A stretch of DNA of 64,000 nt from Bacteroidota bacterium (GCA_013376995.1 JACAAZ010000007.1:135373-199372), one strand, 5' to 3'. Positions 44,352-54,268 are shown, counted from the first letter of the stretch. Translations and numbers: made by a program. The notes: generated by a model from the letters alone, not told the origin.

Positions 44352-45380
44352 ATGAAAAAAATCCTTGTTACCGGTGGAACCGGGTATATTGGCTCACATA
44401 CGGTTGTTGAATTACAGCAACAGGGTTATGGGGTAGTGATTGTTGATAATCTTTCCAATTCGGTAATTGAGGTTTTGGATAACATCGAAAAGATAAGTGG
44501 CAAGCGGCCTGATTATGAGCAATTTGACCTGGCAGACCGGGATCTTACAGCCGATTTTTTCAAACGTCATAAAGACCTGGATGGAATTATTCATTTTGCA
44601 GCTTTCAAAGCTGTTGGAGAGTCGGTTGCAGACCCTTTGAAATATTATCGTAATAATCTCTACTCCCTTATTCATGTGCTTGAAGGAATGAAGGCTCAAA
44701 ATATTCCAAACCTTGTATTCTCTTCATCCTGCACTGTTTACGGTCAACCTGAGGAACTCCCGGTTACAGAGCTGGCTCCTATGCAAAAAGCATGGTCTCC
44801 ATATGGAAATACCAAGCAGATGAGTGAGGAAATCATTAGGTTTACCGTTGAAAGCAGTTCTATTAAGGCCATAGCTTTGCGCTATTTTAACCCTATTGGT
44901 GCACACGAATCAGCGCTAATTGGTGAATTACCTTTGGGAACTCCAAGCAACCTGATGCCTTTTGTTACCCAGACAGCTATTGGAATCCGTCAATGCCTCG
45001 ATGTATTTGGCGGTGATTACAATACTCCTGATGGAACTGCCGTTCGCGATTATATCCATGTGGTTGATCTTGCAAAAGCTCACGTAATTGCTGTTGAGCG
45101 AATGATGGGCAATAAAGGTAAATCGAATATGGAAGTCTTTAATTTAGGGACCGGAAACGGACTTTCAGTTCTGGAAGTTATACGATCATTTGAAAAAGTT
45201 ACCGGTTTAAAACTCAACTATAAGATTGTAGACAGGCGACCAGGTGATGTTGAAAAAGTATGGGCTGATACCCGTTTCGCAAATGAAGAACTGGGATGGC
45301 AAGCTAAAAAGACCGTGGATGATATGACCTATTCTGCCTGGGAGTGGGAAAGAAGACTGGCTGAAAGACGTGGGGCCTGA
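44352..45380 (+). CDS. galE: UDP-glucose 4-epimerase
   Basis: GGTGYIGSH Rossmann motif, SSSCTVYG, PYGNTKQ (YxxxK); 342 aa. Confidence 0.9.
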   Translation: MKKILVTGGTGYIGSHTVVELQQQGYGVVIVDNLSNSVIEVLDNIEKISGKRPDYEQFDLADRDLTADFFKRHKDLDGIIHFAAFKAVGESVADPLKYYRNNLYSLIHVLEGMKAQNIPNLVFSSSCTVYGQPEELPVTELAPMQKAWSPYGNTKQMSEEIIRFTVESSSIKAIALRYFNPIGAHESALIGELPLGTPSNLMPFVTQTAIGIRQCLDVFGGDYNTPDGTAVRDYIHVVDLAKAHVIAVERMMGNKGKSNMEVFNLGTGNGLSVLEVIRSFEKVTGLKLNYKIVDRRPGDVEKVWADTRFANEELGWQAKKTVDDMTYSAWEWERRLAERRGA

Positions 45381-45618
45381 AGAAATGCAAAGTGCAAAAT
45401 GCAAAGTGCAAAATGCAAAATGCAAATAGATGGATGTCGGGTGCCGACGAACGAGGGACGAGGGAAAAGGGACGGTTTCCAGGTGCCTGGTTCCAAGGGA
45501 CAGGGGACAAGGGACTTGAGATAAGTGTAGTGTTCCATGTTCAGTGTACTAAAAACAAAGAACTAATAGCTCATAACATAACTCATAACTCATAACGAAT
45601 ACACCACAACAATCCACC
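45381..45618. repeat. mosaic heptamer-repeat spacer between galE and rfbB (region C)
   Basis: RTGCAAA x6 (45385..45426), ACGAGGG/AAAAGGG and GACARGG words, the 13-mer GTTCCATGTTCAG (45532..45544) and CTCATAAC repeats (45570..45596). Confidence 0.9.
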
Positions 45619-46671
45619 ATGAAGAACATTCTCATCACCGGGGGAGCCGGCTTTATCGGATCTCATGTAGTCAGGCTTTTTGTTAACAAATATCCTCATT
45701 ACAAGATCATCAATCTTGACAAGCTTACCTATGCCGGGAACCTTGCCAACCTGAAAGATATTGAGAATAAACCGAACTATGAGTTCGTAAAAGCCGATAT
45801 AGTAGACGAAGATACCTTAATGGCTATTTTCGATGCGTACCGCTTCGAAGGAGTTATTCACCTTGCAGCTGAAAGTCATGTAGACCGGTCGATATCGAAC
45901 CCTAAGGAGTTCATTATGACCAATATTGTTGGCACTGTTAATCTCCTGAATGCTGCCAGAAGTATTTGGAAGGAGAATTATTCCGGAAAGCGCTTCTACC
46001 ATATTTCAACAGATGAGGTTTATGGTTCGTTGGGTGATGAAGGCAAATTTCTCGAAACTACCCCTTACGACCCACGTTCGCCTTATTCAGCCTCCAAAGC
46101 AAGTAGCGATCACCTTGTAAGGGCTTATAATCATACATTCGGGTTACCCGTGGTGATCTCCAATTGTTCAAATAACTATGGCCCATTCCAGTTCCCTGAA
46201 AAATTGGTTCCATTATGCATCAACAACATCCGGCATAACCGTACCTTGCCTGTTTATGGGGAAGGTTCCAATATCCGCGACTGGCTTTATGTTGAAGACC
46301 ATGCCAAAGCTATTGACCTGATCTTCCATTCAGGCGGTGATGGCGAAACCTACAATATCGGCGGTAATAATGAATGGACAAACCTGAACCTCGTCAGGAA
46401 GCTTTGCGAGATCATGGATCGTAAACTGGGAAGGGAAGCCGGCAGTTCAGAGAAACTTATCACTTTTGTTAAAGACCGCGCCGGTCATGATTTCCGTTAT
46501 GCCATAGATTCAACCAAGTTACAGAATGAACTTGGCTGGAGACCAGAAGCAAAGTTTGACGAAGGGTTTGAAAAAACCATCGAATGGTATCTTTCCAATC
46601 AAACATGGCTGGATGATGTAACTTCCGGAAACTATACCAGGTACTATGACGGTATGTATAAGAACCGTTAA
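45619..46671 (+). CDS. rfbB: dTDP-glucose 4,6-dehydratase
   Basis: GGAGFIGSH, HLAAESHVDRS, YSASKASSDHL; 350 aa. Confidence 0.93.
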   Translation: MKNILITGGAGFIGSHVVRLFVNKYPHYKIINLDKLTYAGNLANLKDIENKPNYEFVKADIVDEDTLMAIFDAYRFEGVIHLAAESHVDRSISNPKEFIMTNIVGTVNLLNAARSIWKENYSGKRFYHISTDEVYGSLGDEGKFLETTPYDPRSPYSASKASSDHLVRAYNHTFGLPVVISNCSNNYGPFQFPEKLVPLCINNIRHNRTLPVYGEGSNIRDWLYVEDHAKAIDLIFHSGGDGETYNIGGNNEWTNLNLVRKLCEIMDRKLGREAGSSEKLITFVKDRAGHDFRYAIDSTKLQNELGWRPEAKFDEGFEKTIEWYLSNQTWLDDVTSGNYTRYYDGMYKNR

Positions 46672-46782
46672 TGTTGTTCAAAATCAAGATTTTATTGTAC
46701 CTTTAGTCTTAATATCAAGAAAATTGCATATTTCGCAGTTTTCAGTTTCTGTAATTATGAAATTTCGACAATTCTATTGCCT

Positions 46783-48576
46783 ATGGTTGAAAAACACTTG
46801 GTCGAAGTAGTTAATAATCGTGCAGCCAAATATGGACACAAAACGGTTTTTCGTTTCAGGGAAGCCGGCCTGGAGTCCTATTCGCAATATACCTGGCTGC
46901 AACTGGCTGACCATATTAAAAGTGTTTCCCGATCATTGCTAAAACTTGGATTCAATGCAACTTCCCGTATAGGAATATTCAGCGATAACCGTCCTGAATG
47001 GACTATTGCTGACCTTGGTATTATGGGCATTCGCGGAGTTGTTGTCCCTTTTTTTGGTAATGCGTCCATTCAACAGGCAAAGTACATAATTGATGAAACA
47101 GGAATGGAGCTTTTGTTTGTTGGGAACCAGGAACAATTGGATAAAGCTCTTTGGTTAATGGAAAATACCGACAGCCTGAAAATAGTGGTTGTCTTTCCTT
47201 CTAAAACAATTATCCCTCAACTGCCATCTGTTTATTCATGGCAGGATTTTCTTTTGCTGGATAAAGATTTACTTCTTGGAGCCCGGGCAGAAGAATTGCT
47301 TAGCAAGGCTGAAGAAGATGACCTTGCAACAATCATATATACGTCTGGTACTACAGGGGAGCCGAAAGGGGTGATGCTGGGACAGGATAATTTTATCCGT
47401 TGCATGCAATTGCATGACTACAGGCTGGATGTAACGGATAGTGATATATCTCTTTGCTTCCTGCCTCTTTCTCACATCTTTGAACGTTGCTGGACATTTT
47501 ATATGCTCTTTAGGGGAGCTATCAACATTTATCTTGAGAATCCGAAATCAGTGATGCAGGAGTTACCACTGGCCAGGCCAACACTCATGTGCACTGTTCC
47601 CAGGTTCTTTGAGAAGACATACCAGGGGATAAAAAAGGAGGAATCAAATTGGCCGGCATTCAAACAATGGATTTTTAACTGGGCTATTGAAACAGGAAAC
47701 CAATGCACCGAGTACCGTAAGGATAATCGCCCGATACCTGTTATATTGAGAATCCGGAGGAATATTGCTGATAGGCTGGTGCTGAATAAACTGCGTTCAA
47801 TATTTGGTGGCAGAATACGCCAGATGCCTTGCGCAGGCGCTGCTATGAGGAGCGACCTGATTAAGTTTTTCCATGCTACAGGCCTTTTTGTAAATTATGG
47901 TTATGGAGCAACCGAAACCACAGCAACAGTTTCCTGCTTTAAAAGCGATGTTTATGAATTCGAATCCTGTGGCACCATTATGCAGGGTGTATCCGTCAGG
48001 ATAGGAGAAAATGGAGAAATACACGTAAAAGGCCCTATTGTTTTTAAAGGATATTTCAATAAACCCTCGGAAACTTCAAAAGTATTAAAGGATGGATGGT
48101 ATTCTACCGGTGACCAGGGTCACATTTCAGTCGCCGGTAATCTTATTATGGAAGACAGGATCCATGATATATTCAAAACTTCGGTGGGGAAATATGTTTC
48201 ACCTCAGAAAATTGAACTTCTTCTTAGCCAGGATCCTTTTATCGAACAGGTGCTTGTAATAGGGGATAACCAGAAGCATATAACAGCATTGATTGTTCCT
48301 TCCTTTGAGTCACTTCTAACAAGGTTTTCCGGTATATTCGAAATAAATCCTGATTCATATACCTTGGTGAATGATAATACGGTTAAGCAGTTTTTCATGG
48401 AAAGGCTGGAAAAATTGCAGGACGAACTAAATCCCCATGAAAAGGTAGTCAAATTCACATTGCTGCCGGAACCTTTCAGCGTTGAGAATGAATCGCTGAC
48501 CAGCACCCTTAAATTAAGACGAAAAAAAATAATCGAGAAATATAGCAGTATTGTTGAGAAGATGTACCTATCTTGA
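46783..48576 (+). CDS. long-chain fatty acid--CoA ligase (AMP-dependent synthetase)
   Basis: AMP-binding motif YTSGTTGEPKGVM, plus GYGATET and TGDQG. The ATG at 46783 is preferred over the TTG at 46777. Confidence 0.85.
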   Translation: MVEKHLVEVVNNRAAKYGHKTVFRFREAGLESYSQYTWLQLADHIKSVSRSLLKLGFNATSRIGIFSDNRPEWTIADLGIMGIRGVVVPFFGNASIQQAKYIIDETGMELLFVGNQEQLDKALWLMENTDSLKIVVVFPSKTIIPQLPSVYSWQDFLLLDKDLLLGARAEELLSKAEEDDLATIIYTSGTTGEPKGVMLGQDNFIRCMQLHDYRLDVTDSDISLCFLPLSHIFERCWTFYMLFRGAINIYLENPKSVMQELPLARPTLMCTVPRFFEKTYQGIKKEESNWPAFKQWIFNWAIETGNQCTEYRKDNRPIPVILRIRRNIADRLVLNKLRSIFGGRIRQMPCAGAAMRSDLIKFFHATGLFVNYGYGATETTATVSCFKSDVYEFESCGTIMQGVSVRIGENGEIHVKGPIVFKGYFNKPSETSKVLKDGWYSTGDQGHISVAGNLIMEDRIHDIFKTSVGKYVSPQKIELLLSQDPFIEQVLVIGDNQKHITALIVPSFESLLTRFSGIFEINPDSYTLVNDNTVKQFFMERLEKLQDELNPHEKVVKFTLLPEPFSVENESLTSTLKLRRKKIIEKYSSIVEKMYLS

Positions 48577-49434
48577 CAGTTTCCAACGCTTATGTGACCA
48601 GAGCCAGCTACCCGGGGTTTTCAGGATTGCCTCTTCCAGTTTTTTTGCATACTGCCGTGTTACTTCGCCTTCAGGCAAGAACTTCGGATCGTCAGATATA
48701 AGTGAAAGTTCAAGTGTATAATGCCCTCGCTTAACCCTTTGAACATCGGCATACAAGACAACCATATTGTAATGCCTGGAGTATTTCTCAGGTCCATGCA
48801 GGAAAGCAGTATCCCTCCCCAGGAAATCAACCCAATAGGATTTTGCAGAGTTGGTAGGGCTTTGATCTGCAGCCAAAACATAGATGGATGGAATTTTTTC
48901 ATTTGCCCGGAATGTGATCCCTGTAACATAGATTGACGACAGGGAAGTGCCGAATTTAGAACGACTTTTTCGGATGAAATTATCCAGATACTTGTTTGTT
49001 AATGGTTTATATAAGGCAATTATTGGATAATTGGTGTACAGGCCTGGAGCAAGACTGCCCCATTCCCAGTTATTGAAATGAGCGGGTAATCCCATAACAC
49101 TTCTTCCTTGTTCAAGGTATTTCTCAATGAGTTCTACGTTGAGGACCTTATATCTCTTTTTTATTTGCTTAGCAGACATTCCAAAGCTCTTAATGCTTTC
49201 GACCAGTATGTCAGACAGATTTCTATAGATAGCCTTAAGCAGTTTTTTCTGTTCTGCCTCTTCCATACCAGGGAAGCAGTCATTCAGGTTCTTGAGGACA
49301 ACCTTCTTCCGATAACCAACAACCCTGTGCAAAATGAAACTGATAATATCTGAAATTATATAGAGAACCCTGAACGGTAACAATCCAAACAAGAAAGTGA
49401 AAAAGAAAAATATTCCGGCAAGCAGTAGATTCAT
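48568..49434 (-). CDS. lipid A biosynthesis (Kdo2-lipid IVA) late acyltransferase, LpxL/HtrB family
   Basis: 288 aa with an N-terminal anchor and the LPAHFNNWEW catalytic-His region. Its 3' end overlaps the convergent CoA-ligase gene by 9 nt. Confidence 0.7.
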   Translation of the reverse strand: MNLLLAGIFFFFTFLFGLLPFRVLYIISDIISFILHRVVGYRKKVVLKNLNDCFPGMEEAEQKKLLKAIYRNLSDILVESIKSFGMSAKQIKKRYKVLNVELIEKYLEQGRSVMGLPAHFNNWEWGSLAPGLYTNYPIIALYKPLTNKYLDNFIRKSRSKFGTSLSSIYVTGITFRANEKIPSIYVLAADQSPTNSAKSYWVDFLGRDTAFLHGPEKYSRHYNMVVLYADVQRVKRGHYTLELSLISDDPKFLPEGEVTRQYAKKLEEAILKTPGSWLWSHKRWKLSR

Positions 49435-49571
49435 CTGGTAGTGTTTTTACGTGCGCAAATGTAGATTTTTTTGGTGTTCATCCTGAAAGAGATAAAGTTC
49501 CTTCCCCATTTCCTGGTGTGGAAAACAAACTTGAGTGATCTGCAAAAAACTTAAATACGCCTCACATTTAT

Positions 49572-49579
49572 TACATTTG
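49572..49579 (+). promoter_or_regulatory. candidate -7 box TACATTTG
   Basis: TAnnTTTG match 28 nt upstream of the ATG at 49608. Confidence 0.4.
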
Positions 49580-49607
49580 AGAACATAAAAGACAACAAGG
49601 ATATCCT

Positions 49608-50600
49608 ATGAATTATATTCCTGAATCTTCGCGTTACTACAGCATGAAATACCGCCGGTGTGGAAATAGCGGAATCATACTTCCAGCCATTTCACTTGGG
49701 CTCTGGCATAATTTCGGTAATGTTGACGATTTCAAAACTGCCCATTCCATTGCTCTCCGGGCATTTGACCTGGGAGTTACCCATTTTGACCTGGCTAACA
49801 ATTATGGCCCCCCGCCAGGCACGGCAGAAGAAAACTTTGGCCGTATCCTGCGCGAAAGCCTGATGCCTTACCGCGACCAGCTCATTATTTCTACCAAGGC
49901 CGGTTATCTTATGTGGCCCGGTCCATATGGAGATGGTGGATCAAGGAAATACCTGGTCTCCAGCCTGGATCAGAGCCTTAAAAGAATGGGATTGGAATAT
50001 GTGGATATCTTCTATCATCATCGCCCTGACCCTGATGTACCCATCGAAGAATCCATGATGGCGCTGGATCATATTGTGAGACAGGGGAAAGCTTTATATG
50101 CAGGTGTTTCAAATTATCCTCCTGATAAGGCTTTGGAAGCTTTCAATATCCTTAAATCACTGGGCACTCCCTGCTTGATCCATCAACCCCGTTATAATCT
50201 CCTGGATCGATGGGCAGAGCGCGGATTGCTGGATGTGCTCGGACAAAACGGTGTTGGATGCATCGTATATTCTCCGCTTGCGCAAGGTTTGCTCAGTGAT
50301 CGCTACCTGGAAGGAATTCCTAAAGACTCGCGTGTGGCAAAGCCACATGGATTTCTTAAGGAAGATAGGGTTCTCACTTTCATGCCAAAAATTCTCAAAC
50401 TCAATGTAATAGCTTTAAAACGAGGACAAAGCCTTGCACAGATGTCGATCTCCTGGTTGCTGCGTGATCCCCGGGTTACTTCTGTTCTTGTCGGGGCAAG
50501 TTCTGTGGCTCAGTTAGAAGATAGTATCAACAGCCTGCAATATGTTGATTTTACGGTTGCAGAGCTTGAAGAGATCGAGAAGGCCTTGGCAGAAAATTAA
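49608..50600 (+). CDS. aldo/keto reductase (YghZ/Tas-like)
   Basis: 330 aa (…GVTHFDLANNYGPPPG…, …DIFYHHRPD…). Confidence 0.85.
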   Translation: MNYIPESSRYYSMKYRRCGNSGIILPAISLGLWHNFGNVDDFKTAHSIALRAFDLGVTHFDLANNYGPPPGTAEENFGRILRESLMPYRDQLIISTKAGYLMWPGPYGDGGSRKYLVSSLDQSLKRMGLEYVDIFYHHRPDPDVPIEESMMALDHIVRQGKALYAGVSNYPPDKALEAFNILKSLGTPCLIHQPRYNLLDRWAERGLLDVLGQNGVGCIVYSPLAQGLLSDRYLEGIPKDSRVAKPHGFLKEDRVLTFMPKILKLNVIALKRGQSLAQMSISWLLRDPRVTSVLVGASSVAQLEDSINSLQYVDFTVAELEEIEKALAEN

Positions 50601-50624
50601 AAATGCACCCTGGTGGATGCATTT
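50601..50624. terminator. shared hairpin between convergent AKR and fabD genes
   Basis: AAATGCA (50601..50607) pairs with TGCATTT (50618..50624). On the minus strand it is followed by a TTTTTAATTTT run. Confidence 0.5.
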
Positions 50625-50663
50625 ATGGCTGAAAAGCCTATTTCTATCAAGTGTTTTGGATGA

Positions 50664-51539
50664 TCAGGCTCCCATAGTTTCAACTTCAGGTGCAATTTTC
50701 TTAACGAGTCCCTGGAGAACGTTGCCGGGACCGAGTTCTGTGAATGATGAAGCTCCGTCAGCAACCATATTCTGAACCGTTTGTGTCCACCTTACAGGGG
50801 AAGTCAGCTGGGATACCAGGTTTGCCTTGATTTCTGCAGGTGATGTAAATGGTTTTGCGTTCACATTCTGGTACACCGGACAAATTGGAGTGTTGAAAGT
50901 GGTGGCTTCAATGGCAGCTGCCAGCTCAACACGTGCAGGTTCCATAAGAGGTGAGTGGAAAGCTCCGCCTACCTTAAGCGGGAGAGCCCGTTTGGCTCCT
51001 GCTTCCTTCAACTTTTCGCAGGCAATGTCAATTCCCTTGAAGGATCCGGATATTACCAGCTGGCCAGGGCTGTTATAATTTGCGGGTACAACTACTTCTT
51101 CAATTCCGGCAAGTACTTCTTCCACTTTGCTGTCATCCAGTCCAAGGATCGCAGCCATGGTTGATGGCTCGGCTTCGCAGGCTTTCTGCATGGCCATGGC
51201 ACGGGCATAAACCAGGCGGAGGCCATCCTCAAAAGTCAGGGCTTTGTTGGCAACCAGTGCTGAGAACTCACCCAACGAATGACCGGCAACCATTTCCGGT
51301 TTGAAATTATCGCCCAGTGTAGCAGCAAGAATTACAGAATGCAGGAAGATGGCAGGTTGTGTGACACGGGTTTGACGAAGGTCTTCATCAGTCCCGGCAA
51401 ACATCAGGTCAGTAATGCGAAAACCAAGGATATTATTGGCTTTTTCGAACATTTCTTTAGCAACGGGATATTGATCATACAGATCTTTTCCCATACCAAC
51501 AAATTGGGCTCCCTGTCCGGGGAATACATATGCTTTCAT
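50664..51539 (-). CDS. fabD: malonyl CoA-ACP transacylase
   Basis: FPGQGAQ, GHSLGEFSAL, GAFHSPLM; 291 aa. Confidence 0.94.
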   Translation of the reverse strand: MKAYVFPGQGAQFVGMGKDLYDQYPVAKEMFEKANNILGFRITDLMFAGTDEDLRQTRVTQPAIFLHSVILAATLGDNFKPEMVAGHSLGEFSALVANKALTFEDGLRLVYARAMAMQKACEAEPSTMAAILGLDDSKVEEVLAGIEEVVVPANYNSPGQLVISGSFKGIDIACEKLKEAGAKRALPLKVGGAFHSPLMEPARVELAAAIEATTFNTPICPVYQNVNAKPFTSPAEIKANLVSQLTSPVRWTQTVQNMVADGASSFTELGPGNVLQGLVKKIAPEVETMGA

Positions 51540-51611
51540 AAATTGGGATTACTTAATTTGGCGGCAAAAATACAAATTCCGTTGGGATATCAGCACCGAA
51601 GGTTATGGAAC

Positions 51612-51635
51612 AAAAAAGGCCGGAAAGCCCGGCCT
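51612..51635 (-). terminator. rho-independent terminator after the BI-1 family gene
   Basis: AGGCCGG (51617..51623) pairs with CCGGCCT (51629..51635). On the minus strand it is followed by a T6 run. Confidence 0.7.
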
Positions 51636-51656
51636 GATCTGAATTTATTATTAAAA

Positions 51657-52379
51657 CTAGTTCCTTTTACCCATAAAACGAAGGAGGAAAAGGAAAAGGT
51701 TAATGAAGTCAAGGTATAGCGAGAGAGCACCCATAATTGCGTATTTGCGGGTTGATTCTTCACCGGCAACCATTTCTGAGCCCATTCTTTTCAGTTTTTG
51801 AACATCATAGGCAGTAAGGCCTGTAAAGATAAGCACGCCAATGAAACTGATGAGGTACTGCATGGATTCGCTTTTCAGGAAAAAGTTGACCAATGAGGCT
51901 ATGATAATTCCGAAAAGAGCCATCATCAGAATGCTACCGAAACGGGTAAGATCCGTCTTCGTGGTATAGCCTGCAATAGCCATAACACCAAAGGTTAAAG
52001 ACGTTACACCAAAAGTTGTAGCAATCGATCCCATTGAATAGGCAAGGAAAATAAAACTCAGGCTAAGGCCAACGAGAACGGCATAAACGAGGAAAAGCAT
52101 GGTAAGAGAGCCCGCACTTAACTTCTGGAACCTGAATGACATCAGGAGGACGAATCCAAGGGGAGCAAACATTACGATCCATCCAAACATGGACAAACCG
52201 GTCGGGGTAACCAATAACCTAAGGAAAGAAGGTGTGATGGAAACCATGTATGCAGTGGCTGCTGTAATAGCCAGAGCAATGAACATCCATGAAAAAACAC
52301 CGGTAATGAAAGTACGAACTGAACTTTCATCCTTAACAGTGTAGGTTGGCAGGGTGTTATATTGATCTTCGTTGAACAT
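51657..52379 (-). CDS. Bax inhibitor-1/YccA family membrane protein
   Basis: 7-TM pattern with C-terminal ...YLDFINLFLFLLRFMG. The ATG at 52379 is preferred over the TTG at 52415. Confidence 0.8.
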   Translation of the reverse strand: MFNEDQYNTLPTYTVKDESSVRTFITGVFSWMFIALAITAATAYMVSITPSFLRLLVTPTGLSMFGWIVMFAPLGFVLLMSFRFQKLSAGSLTMLFLVYAVLVGLSLSFIFLAYSMGSIATTFGVTSLTFGVMAIAGYTTKTDLTRFGSILMMALFGIIIASLVNFFLKSESMQYLISFIGVLIFTGLTAYDVQKLKRMGSEMVAGEESTRKYAIMGALSLYLDFINLFLFLLRFMGKRN

Positions 52380-52446
52380 ATAAATTGTTTTTGGTTTTCG
52401 GATGCAAAAATACAATGATTCCGGTTACCTCTGATGCTAAGAATTG

Positions 52447-53106
52447 TTAATGCAGCCTTGAACCTATCAGGTGGATGAATTCGGCACGTGTTTTATCCAC
52501 GAGGAAGGCTCCATTGAAGTCGGAAGTAGTGGTAACTGAGTTCTGTTTCTGGATGCCTCTCATGCTCATGCACATATGCTGGGCTTCAATAACTACGGCT
52601 ACTCCCAGGGGTTTCAGTGTATTATGGATGCACTCCTTGATCTGGGTGGTCAGGCGCTCCTGAACCTGCAGGCGCCTGGCAAAGGCATCCACGACTCTTG
52701 GCAGTTTGCTTAATCCAACGATGTAACCATTTGGAATATAAGCAACGTGTGCTTTGCCAAAGAAGGGGATCATATGGTGCTCGCACATTGAATACAGTTC
52801 AATATCCTTAACAATGACCATCTGTTTGTAATCTTCCTTGAACATTGCAGATCGAAGAATTTCTTCTGGTTCCAGGTCATAGCCGTGGGTAAGGAATTGC
52901 ATGGCTTTTGCAACACGTTCAGGGGTTTTAAGCAAGCCTTCCCTTGTAGGATCTTCCCCGATCAGTTTCAGGATTTCAGAATAATGCACTGCCAGTTCCT
53001 TAATGGTCCCGGCATTGTATAGGTCCCGCTTTTCATATCCATCCTGTTGAGGATAATCGTCCATCATATTTTCTACAATCATATCTTTTACTATCTCACT
53101 ACTCAT
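52447..53106 (-). CDS. folE: GTP cyclohydrolase I
   Basis: [21 protein letters not shown] and [14 protein letters not shown]. Confidence 0.95.
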   Translation of the reverse strand: MSSEIVKDMIVENMMDDYPQQDGYEKRDLYNAGTIKELAVHYSEILKLIGEDPTREGLLKTPERVAKAMQFLTHGYDLEPEEILRSAMFKEDYKQMVIVKDIELYSMCEHHMIPFFGKAHVAYIPNGYIVGLSKLPRVVDAFARRLQVQERLTTQIKECIHNTLKPLGVAVVIEAQHMCMSMRGIQKQNSVTTTSDFNGAFLVDKTRAEFIHLIGSRLH

Positions 53107-53321
53107 GGGGTGAAGGTGTTATTGTCTGTTGTTAGTTATTGGTAATTGATGATTAGTTATTGGTAATTGGTGATTGGTTATTGGTTATTGGTTATTGGTT
53201 ATTGGTGATTAGTTACTGGTAATTAGTTAGTTCCGGTTAAGGAGGATTGCATTTTCTTGTATTACAAGGCTCTTCGCCCTTTGCCCTACGCGCTGCACCC
53301 TAAGCCCTTTGCGCTAAGCAT
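53107..53321. repeat. mosaic heptamer-repeat spacer between the PTPS/QueD-family gene and folE (region D)
   Basis: 14 perfectly phased heptamers TRGTDAT (53133..53230). A GC-rich block of phased 7-mers (CCCTTTG CCCTACG CGCTGCA CCCTAAG CCCTTTG CGCTAAG CATTCAG CGCTGCG) runs into the stop codon at 53322. Confidence 0.92.
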
Positions 53322-53744
53322 TCAGCGCTGCGCATTACCATAGTATTCAACATAGTTATTCTCAGTTTCATAAAGCTTGACACAATGAAGTTCAGCGCCA
53401 AGCTTCCTGACTTCTTCTTCAAGTTCATTCCATATCCCGATTGAAATATTTTCGGTTGATGCCAGCCGGCCTGCCATGAAGTCAACTTCCAGGTTGATAT
53501 TCCGGTGATCCAACTTTTCTATGATACGGTCATTTATCAATGCGCTAAGCACTTTCAGATCGACCAGGAACCCGGTTTCAGGATTAACTTCTCCCTTTAC
53601 AGTAACAAATAATTCATAGTTATGCCCATGCCAAAGAGGATTGGAACATTTCCCGAAAACCTGCAGGTTCTGTTCATCGCTGTATTCAATTCTGAATAAA
53701 CGATGTGCTGCATTAAATCTTTCCCGACGTGTTATGAATATCAT
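53322..53744 (-). CDS. 6-pyruvoyl-tetrahydropterin / 6-carboxy-tetrahydropterin synthase family protein
   Basis: 140 aa with FNAAHRL and CSNPLWHGHNY (Cys plus HGH zinc and catalytic motifs). Confidence 0.85.
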   Translation of the reverse strand: MIFITRRERFNAAHRLFRIEYSDEQNLQVFGKCSNPLWHGHNYELFVTVKGEVNPETGFLVDLKVLSALINDRIIEKLDHRNINLEVDFMAGRLASTENISIGIWNELEEEVRKLGAELHCVKLYETENNYVEYYGNAQR

Positions 53745-53887
53745 ATTGGCTGATGTTTTCTATTAGCTCAAGGCTTACGAATAATTAACCATGTAAAGCT
53801 ATAAATGTTTAACAAATAGTTCGATTTCTTTAACAAAACATACAGGATATTTTTATTAATAATACAGGGGTGCCAATCATACTCCAG

Positions 53888-54268
53888 TTATTTCTGCTTG
53901 TTGATCTTCAACAGCCAGAAAACCTCAAAAATGGTATAAACCAGGTAAAGTACGCAGGTAGTTACTACAAAACGGAATGCGTCTTCTTTTCGGAAATAAA
54001 GGTAAATAGTGATAACAATTAGCAGGAGTAACAACTTGAAAGCACTGGCAGCCATGAAATAATTGGCAAAAAGGCTGAATTTCTTCTCACTGGCTTTTAA
54101 AAGTATATTAAAGAGGGTGAAAGTTGTTAATATAAATAGGAGGATCAGCCAGGGCAGGGCAGGCGTGGTGGTAGTTGGAAGCAAGAAATGTTGTGATAGC
54201 CCGGCTATGGATACAAGAGTTGAAACGATTGCCAGGTTCCTGATAAAGCGGACTTGAAGTTCATTCAT
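53888..54268 (-). CDS. small 4-TM membrane protein (AtpI-like?)
   Basis: 126-aa hydrophobic ORF directly downstream of the AtpZ-like gene. The function is a guess. Confidence 0.5.
   Translation of the reverse strand: MNELQVRFIRNLAIVSTLVSIAGLSQHFLLPTTTTPALPWLILLFILTTFTLFNILLKASEKKFSLFANYFMAASAFKLLLLLIVITIYLYFRKEDAFRFVVTTCVLYLVYTIFEVFWLLKINKQK

Noticed and set aside
45304-45595. ORFs 45304..45510, 45329..45538 (-) and 45392..45595 (+) in the galE-rfbB spacer
   Set aside because: They are read-through of the RTGCAAA and GGGAC-type repeats. They are mutually overlapping, low-complexity and overlap the galE 3' end.
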